This document shows, piece after piece, positions 43,001 to 64,000 of a DNA stretch of 64,000 nucleotides. The notes beneath the pieces were generated by a model. That model was not told the origin of the DNA. It saw nothing but the letters and a program-made list of their open reading frames with translations, and searched no databases. The translations under genes were made by a program, and so were the position numbers. Position 1 is the stretch's first letter. Every line of letters begins with the position of its first letter. The stretch comes from Paraspadella gotoi (lineage: Eukaryota; Animalia; Chaetognatha): the NCBI GenBank assembly GCA_051294375.1, contig CM119267.1, positions 24,319,244 to 24,383,243 of the forward strand, read 5' to 3'.

Positions 43001-46000
43001 CATAAAAAATTAAGAAATTTTTATAAAATATGTTATGATATTTTAATGTTTAGAAAACAAAAAATGACTAAAACGTTTTAACATATATAAGTTTCTACTA
43101 CAGAGAATAAAAAACTCATAAATTTTTACTTTTTTCCCCGTTTTAAACGTTGAAGATGACAGAATTTTTGATAACATGTTTTATATTTTTGATTCAACTT
43201 TTTATGAAGAATCTGAATCTTTATTAAAAGTTTTAAAAAAATAATTTTTAAAATTAACTATTTTATAAGGATATTACTAAAAATATATTATATTTTACTA
43301 TTTTGTTCCCGAGATAATATGAACAAAATATTTTTTGTATTAGTTAATCATGCTATCTCACATCTAAATATCTTTGTTCGATCATTTAAATAAATTTTTT
43401 GTTCTTGAGTGCTCCACTCTAATATTCACACCACGTCACGTCACATCATATCACGTCAAGAATCATTCAGCCAATACAATTGGCTCGGAGGGGGAATACA
43501 CCATCCGAGGCGTTATGTTCCATCAACAGTCGTAACGAATTCACTCTGCGTTGGCAAAGCGAGACCGTTCTAGGGTAATCGCGCCAGTGACTTGAGGCGT
43601 CACTGAGGGTCGGAAGCCCCCAAAGCCAACAGTAAGATGCCGCATCCCAGGCAACCCGGCTGTTGCCATAGCATAATCAATTAGTGAAACAGTTTTTTTA
43701 AATTTTTTCCATTAATACGCATTTCCACTCAAACGATTCCATCGAAACTTGATTTCCAGCTTAATCACACACTTTCCTACCCACATACAAATTTCAGGTC
43801 AATTGCCCCATCCACTCATGAGTAATTGGTGTTCAAATAATGAAATACATTTTTGTTTTTTCCATTTAAACTCATTTCCACTCGGACGATTCCATCGAAA
43901 CTTCATATCCAATTCAATCACACACTTTCCTAACCACATACAAAATTTCATTCCAATCCATCCATCCAATCACGAGTAATTGGTGTTTTTTGTTAAGGGG
44001 ACGGACGGACAGACAGACAGACGGACATCGTTTTTTTTATTTCGCATAATTTATTATAATTCTATGTTCAGACATGATATAAGTGAATGCCCGACAAGTT
44101 TGGGGGGGCGGACCGATGGACCGACAGAGTCGGGATCTAAAAAACTAAAAAACTTGAGTAATGACGTATGGGAAAACTTAAAACATAAATTAGGAATTAG
44201 GATAATAGGGCTAGCAATTAAAGATTGAAGTTATGGATCAGTACGGTTGAATATGAATATTAAAACAAACGTAACAGAAATAGATCGTTTATAAAAAAAA
44301 AAGAGATTGCCCCCGACTTTGTTCAAACTTTTTAAAATAATCTTAACCAATGTGATTCAGTATTATTTTGATTCAAAATAGCTTTTCATCTCATCGCTCC
44401 CCTTCCTTCGAATCCAGGCGTCTAAAGGGAGGAGGCAGAGCGGGATGTCCAATCTACTTTCTTCCTAACTCCCACGAGTCTTTGGGACATTACGCGGTCA
44501 ACATTTGGACAAAGTTCGGAATGTACACGGCCCAGGGCTGGTTCCTCATTTGGCTCTTCATTCAAACGCAGGTCAACAATCTTGGCGACTTTTTAAATTT
44601 GTTAATTACTCTTTATAACTGTTGATAATGATAATGATTTGCAGAAGACATTATGGCTGAAGATTTGTAACGTGAATCTCTCTCTCTCTCTGAGGAATTG
44701 TTACTAAGTCCTTGTAGAGTACTTGCAACTATGTTAATCCCGAAGTGAGAAGGCTATGGACAATCTCGACTATTTTGACATTGGTTGAATCAAATTTAAT
44801 AAATGGAACCGCCCCAAATTTCCCCCATCTCCAAAAGGTTTTAGCGACTTTCTTCTGCATCTGTCATCCTTCCTCGGCTTCAGTCTTCGCTCGACTAGGG
44901 CGGCGCCTCGACGCCGCCAAACCCGGCGCCGTCTCGTTACGTCTGCGGCGTCTGCGCGACTGGGGCGCCGCATCGCCGCGTCGATTCGCCAGCGCCGTCT
45001 ACTTTTGCGTCGGCGGCGAATCCGGCGTCAAATTAGTGCTGATTCCCGGCGTCGGTTTATCCGCCTGCTTGGTGAGGGAAAGGAGAGACTGAAAAGCATT
45101 TTTGACCTCAGCTACTAATTACCTAAATAATAATACCCAATAACTATTAACTAATAATAATAATGTGAAGAAATGTCAGGTGAAATATCATTAATTGACA
45201 AAACGCGAAGACATCCTTTAACATACATCTAGTATGAGGGATGGGGGCATGGCCTTTCCAAAGTTAAGGGCAAGATAGTTTATTCATTAAAATTTTAATA
45301 TAGTTTGTCCGAATTTCATACACACCAAATCATTTATATCGTATACTATATATACAACGTTTTGTATTTCCTAATTACAGGCGTTTGGCCATTGGTTGTA
45401 CCCGTCGATCGTTTCGTGGTTCTACGATTTTCCAGAAGGTTCGTTAGATTCTAGACTATAAAGTTAATCTTATTCAATTACATTTTTTATTGTAGAGTGA
45501 AGCGTAGTAAAAATTATAAATTTAACTTTAATTAAAATTCTAAAATTGAAGAACGAACAACATTATACTAATGAACATTTATGTATAAAAAAATTTTCTA
45601 ATAAATTTTACAATTTATGCAGTAGGCCATATTTATACTAGTGCTAATCCAATAAATGTTAAAATTTCAAAATAGTTTTTTGTAAGATTTGTTTGCATGA
45701 AAAGTTGATATAAAGAAATATAACTCTTTTTAAAAAAATATTTCATTAAGTTGGTCAAATATAAAAAAATCTATATTTTAAGCTAAAAATTAAAATCTTA
45801 CATATTAAATTTAGTTTTTTTAATTTTTAACCGACTTAATGAAAGAATTTTTAAAAATGATTTATATTTTCTTTTATCCACTTTTGACGAGGAATTCAAA
45901 TCTGCAAAATTAAGAAAAGCCTATTTTGAAATTTATCGATTTTATAAGGATAGTGTGGCGGTATATTCACACCGCCTCACGTCCACTGTCGTTCAGCTAA

Positions 46001-47521
46001 ATCCATTGGCTCAGAGGGGGAACACAATATCCCAGGCGTAGTGTTCCATCCACAGTCCTGACGAATTCTCTGCGTTGGCAAAGCGAGACCGTCCTAGGGT
46101 AACCGCGCCAGTGACTGGATGCGTCACTGAGGGTCGGAAACCCCCAAAGCCAACAGTGAGATGCCCCATCCCAATGGGAATCACAGGCAACCCAGCTGTT
46201 GCCATAATAGTACTATTTATAAATATAGCCTACTGTGAAAATTGAAGAACATAATTTTTTTTTTTTTTACAAATCTGTTCACTGATGGTATGTTGTTAAT
46301 AATTGACATTTAGAATTTTCGTATGTAACTTTCACTACGCTCTACAATGAAGAGTACAGATAGATTTTAAAATCAGTTTTATATTTTCATATTCAACCTT
46401 CGAAGGTTTGGGATACATCTTTGTCCAAATAGCCGGATTCGCTTTGGCGGCCATTGACGATCGCGTGATTGTCATTATTAAGCGAAAGGCGTGGCTGTTT
46501 TTGGTGGCTGGTCACGTGATTCTAATCGCTTTCAGGTTTAAAAAAAATACATGGTAACTTCATTAAAAAAAACTGCACATCTCATACGCAATTTTTTCTC
46601 TCGACATGAAAATATATTTAAATAATTTAAATATATATTATATATAAGGATTATATTGGTTGTACCAATTTCATAATTTTTATTTTTCCTCAATATTTAA
46701 AGCTTGAAAGAAAAATAACTAAAATATGGTTAATTCCCTCTTTCAAAATCAACCAAAAAGATGCCAGAGACACCTCACAATCTCAATTCTCCGTTTTCCC
46801 GCCAGAGGTAACGGAACCTTTTTTCCCGCCTTCTTCGCTTGGATGGAGACCCTCGTCGACTCGGATATCGTCTCCGGCATTTGGGGGGGCTTCGGCATCT
46901 GGCTCACGATCTTGGGTTCGGTGGGCGTGGCACGGAAGTTAGTTACGTCTCATTCGCCTCGATTGGCGGCGTTGGCGGAGATGTCGATGCCGATCTACAT
47001 CACTCACGTGAGAAACAGTGAATGTGGTTGTAAGGGGATGATGTAGTTAGGAAAGGGTCAAAGGGAACGAACGAATAGTAATGTAACCAAATAAGGACCC
47101 TGTAAATTTCATACCTCGTCTCCTTAATAAATAATCTGTCCTAGGATAGATATAGATAGGACGGAGAGGCGACAGTGAGCTATTCTTAAGGTTGTATATG
47201 TCATGGTCAATAACTCTTACCATACCCCCCCATTTCCCCCCCCCCCAACAGATCCAAATCCTCGTCTTCCTCGGCGTCTTCTTCCTTCGTCTTCCTCTCC
47301 TCCATCATTTCCTCTTCTTCTTCCTCTTCCTCTGTCTCGTCCTCCTCGTCGTCGCTCGTCTCATCGTCTCCTCCTCTTCGATCAAATACTTTTTCGGTCT
47401 TCGGCCAGAAAAGGGGGCGTGGCTGCCGGGCGAGCGGCTCTGCGGCCTCGGACCCTGTTTGGCGCTGCTGGCGCTGACGATGGCGCAGTCCAAATTGAGG
47501 GAGATGTATTTGATTGGATGA
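40019..47521 (+). CDS. Acyltransferase-3 family membrane O-acyltransferase (MdoC/OpgC-like), about 10 exons
   Basis: Exons 40019-40138, 40963-41063 (RRPDLDFLRVCLTFIIIAWH), 41140-41194, 42208-42429 (WTMHLYFFLSG..ERCHRLAVP), 44418-44571 (GWFLIWLF), 44838-45071, 45381-45438, 46406-46535, 46806-47007 (EMSMPIYITH), 47252-47521 (IKYFFGL). Phases are compatible and there are multiple TM segments. Confidence 0.85.
40388..40430 (-). ncRNA. Minimal hammerhead ribozyme motif (Penelope-like); stem I degenerate
   Basis: Reverse complement GCG-CTGATGA-a-GGCTT-ACATTG-AAGCC-GAAAC-AT-GTC. Confidence 0.65.
42779..43670 (+). mobile_element. Solo LTR, family A, interrupted by a hAT MITE
   Basis: TSD GCAT on both sides. 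The empty site (AAGCATAATCAATTAG, single GCAT) is visible in the host repeat's other copy near 57393. Confidence 0.8.
42796..43421. mobile_element. hAT-type MITE
   Basis: TIRs TAGGGTGGAG/CTCCACTCTA; 8-bp TSD ATAATCAC/ATATTCAC; second copy at ~47838-48450. Confidence 0.75.
45954..46206 (+). mobile_element. Solo LTR, family A
   Basis: TGTGGCGG...GTTGCCATA with TSD ATAG. Confidence 0.8.
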
Positions 47522-47837
47522 TAGACAGATTCGAAGTATTATTGGGGTTCTCGATGATATCTTGGTGATAGCTGCGGTGACTCAAATAACGAATATTTGG
47601 AAAAACTTGAGGCGTGTTTTTTGTGTGATAAGTAAAACGTTTTGGTCATTCCTGCTGACCCCTACGGGTCGCAAAGTAGAAAGACTTCGTCGTCGTTTTA
47701 TTCGTCGTCTTTGTTATCGCATGAACTATTTGAGCTTCCAAATATCTTTACTGGTAATTGTTGACTCTTGTTTAAAATGTGATTATATGGAATACGTCGC
47801 AGGCTTGGGGGGGGGGAAATCACAGTGCAATGTTCAA

Positions 47838-48450
47838 TAGGGTAGAGCGATGAAAAGATTGAGTGATTGAACATTTTTTTTTTGCTGCTTATAAACATAT
47901 AATTAATAAATTTTACATCCTTTTAAAAATATTTTTAACATAATAGTATAGTAAATTTAATTATTCATGTAGTAATATCCTTATAAAATTATTAAATTTC
48001 AAAATAATGTTTTTTTATTTATAACAAATTTGGATTCGCCGTATAAAACTAAAAATATTTTATTAAATATGTTATATGATATTTTAATATTTGGATTACA
48101 AAAAATGACAAACGTTTTAACATATAAGTTTTTACTACAAAGAATAAAAAAATTATAAATTTTTTTTTCTTGTTTTAAACACTAAAGATGACAGAATATT
48201 TGATAACATATTTTATATTTTTGATTCAACTTTTTATAAAGAATCTGAATCTTTATTAAAAGATTTAAAAAAAATATTTTTAAAATTTATTATTTTATAA
48301 GAATATTATTACAAATATTATTTTTTATTATTCTGTTCCCGAAAAAATATGAAAAAAGTATTTTTTGTACTAATTAATCATACTATCTTACATCTAAACA
48401 TCCTTATTCAATCATTCAAATAATTTTTTTGTTCTCGAGTGCTCCTCTTC
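47838..48450. mobile_element. hAT-type MITE, second copy
   Basis: Colinear with 42796-43421 along its length. Confidence 0.7.
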
Positions 48451-49014
48451 AATTAGTTGGCAACGCAGCGAAGTTGTCTTACATCGTTCAAACGTTGTCG
48501 GAGTAAGACAAGGGAAACCATAATATTTAAATCGATTTCATAACAATTTCTACTAGAATTAGTTCAAGATTGGAAATAAAATTTAAAAAAAAAACAAACC
48601 GATTTTGATATTTATTATTTCTAGCTATAATTTTTGAAATCTAGTTGTGTAGTAGTGCGCTACAAGTAAAAGAATGTTTGACATTGAAAAATTTGAAAGT
48701 TTTTCAATGAAATAAGCCTTGACGAAAATAAATCACTTAATGCGCGACATAGCGAATATGGCCGTCATAATTATGTATTACATATTACATGTATTACATA
48801 ACATTATGTAAATTATAGCGACGAATCTTCTTTTTCAACAATTTGCACAAAATTGTGACTTTGTAGATAGTAAATACACTTATAAACAGCTTTAATTAGG
48901 CAAGTGCTGGGTACAGAACGTCGCTTTCACTTAGTCACTTTAACTTGGACAAAAAAATTAAGAAGAGAAAATCTGAAAGTTTTATATTGACACAAAATAT
49001 AAATCATAAGAATA

Positions 49015-50103
49015 TCACAAACAAAAGTCGTCCGCCGTCGATGGCGCTTTTATCGGAATTTCTCTCACATAAAATGGCAAAGATTTCCATTGAAATTTTT
49101 TTGGTAGAATTTCGTTACGAAATTTGAGTCGCAGCGAGTCGCGAGACAGCATTATCTGAAAGAGGGAGGAAAGGATATATATATATATTATATATATATA
49201 TATATATAAGATAATATAAAAAGTCCAAAAAGCGAGGAAGGTCAGAAAGAAAATTAAAAAAAAAAAAAGACGGACGACTGGATAAAGTTATACTCAGAAG
49301 AAATATACAGCATAAAAAATAAAAACGTTAACCTAAAAAAAATCAATCAATCAAATTAATCAATGCCAAAGCTATTCCTCCTTGTGAACTTACTCGACTT
49401 CCTTTATGGCTGAATTCCGTCTTGAAAAAAAGTTCTGTTCCGAGTCGCGCGTCGCAAACTCGACAAAAAACGTCGCCTGACGAAATAAGTTTTGTATTTA
49501 CGAACCTGGGGGAGCCTTTTGTTTCTTATAGCTAATTATGGTTCTTATTGGTTAAGTTAATTTTGAGATTGGAGTGACCGGCCTCGGCGGCTAAACGGAT
49601 TTAAAAATGATTTTTGGCCTTATAGACTTGTCCTCGGCCCTCGCGAATTATCTTCTTATTTTTCTTTGTCCGTTTGTGTTCGTGTTGGTGGGTTAGTTCA
49701 CTATTTATTTATTATTTTTTAATCTTTCTTTTTCTTTTTATCACTATTTCCTTTTATTTCGTTCGCCAATTTTTTTTCCTTTACTCTTTCCTCTTCTTTC
49801 CTTCTCTCTTTCCCTTTTTTTCCTTCTCTCTTTTCCTTTTTTTCTTTTTCTTTCCTTCTCTCTTTCTCCTTTTTTCCTCCTCCCTTCACCTCCTCCCTCA
49901 CCGACATAATCCTCGTCGAAGAAAGACTTCTTCCTCTCCTCCTCCAACGGCTTGACGACGACCCTCTCCAGGATGTCGTCGTCGTCGGCCACGTGATGCT
50001 GCTTAATCCTGATCACGTGACGTCCGCTTACGACGTCGGCGCCGCAGGCCTTGCAGGCGACGGTGTAGGAAGCGGGGTTGGAATCGCTCGTCGGATCCTG
50101 CAT
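49015..50103 (-). CDS. Stand-alone RIG-I-like receptor C-terminal (regulatory, Zn-binding) domain protein, 141 aa
   Basis: Exons 50103-49902 (MQDPTSDSNPASYTVACKACGADVVSGRHVIRIKQHHVAD...), 49476-49394 (GDVFCRVCDARLGTELFF...), 49155-49015 (IMLSRDSLRLKF...KKFQWKSLPFYVRE...*). GT-AG sites, open frame, two CxxC motifs, HHV and W..LPF.V motifs. Confidence 0.85.
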
Positions 50104-50376
50104 CCTCGGTTTTTTTTGTTTTTCTTCAGTTTAGTGAAAAAGGGGCGTGGCGTTACGAGACAACAATGCGACGATTTGACTAATCCTTTTTCTTTTTAAG
50201 ATCTGTGTGTATATTATTTATTAAAATTGATTAATATCGCTACATCGATCTTATGCAGAAATATAAACTAATATTGTTAAGTCGCTTCAATATCACAATA
50301 AAACTAAAAGGCTTCGGGACGCCAATTAAGAAGGGCCGTCAATGCCCCATCGGGAGCACGGCTCTGAGGGCGAGCC

Positions 50377-63682
<13,306 letters not shown>

Positions 63683-64000
63683 CTAATAGGCGATGGAGAA
63701 AACGAAATATGTGAGAGAGAGAGAGAGAGAGAGAAAAAGAGAGAAAGAAAGAGAGCGAGAGAGCAAAAGAGAGCGAGAAAGAGAGAAGAAATAAAAAGAG
63801 CAAAGAGAGAAAAAAGAGCGAGGAAGAGAGAGAAAAAGAGAGCGAGAAAGAGAAAGAAAAAGAGAGCGAGAAAGAGAAAGAAAAAGAGAGCGAGAAAGAG
63901 AAAGAAAAAGGGAAAGAGAGAGAGCGAGAAAAAGAGCGTAAAGAAGAGAAAGGAAAAAATGAAAGAAAAGAGAGATGGAGAGAGAGAGAGAAGTCGACTT

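Larger units (their letters stand above)
42516..44141 (+). mobile_element. HINE/DINE-1-like (Helentron-associated) non-autonomous element
   Basis: 5' GTCGGATCTGC subterminal repeat, (TTAA)n and (GGAC)n microsatellites, conserved core. Related copies at ~57270-57945 (3' stem-loop AGTCGGGATCTGC..GCAGATCCGACT), ~55195, ~30110, ~30890-30975, ~33425-33490. Confidence 0.55.

Overview
Eukaryotic (invertebrate animal-like) draft-assembly window with N gaps, many microsatellites and some indel-rich stretches. Most long entries in the ORF track are low-complexity artefacts, so I reconstructed the genes by reading exons and splice sites by hand. In order: (1) a + strand gene (6197-15989) with a ParB/sulfiredoxin-like N-terminal domain and a long low-complexity tail; its 4.5-kb intron holds two antisense paralogous Cys-rich, signal-peptide, membrane-anchored Ly6/uPAR-like genes, one intact and one disrupted; (2) NOXRED1 (-); (3) DNAI3/WDR63 (-) with a duplicated two-exon block; (4) an intron-containing acyltransferase-3 gene with bacterial MdoC/OpgC-like motifs (+); (5) a RIG-I-like DECH helicase (-, 5' end outside the window); (6) about 270 bp downstream of it, an intact three-exon gene encoding only an RLR C-terminal Zn-binding domain, which is the top finding. 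Mobile DNA includes a complete TRIM and several solo LTRs with tRNA-like A/B boxes and 4-bp TSDs (Helenus-like), Penelope-type minimal hammerhead ribozymes, hAT MITEs, HINE/DINE-like elements and foldback elements. All homology calls come from motif recognition, not database searches.
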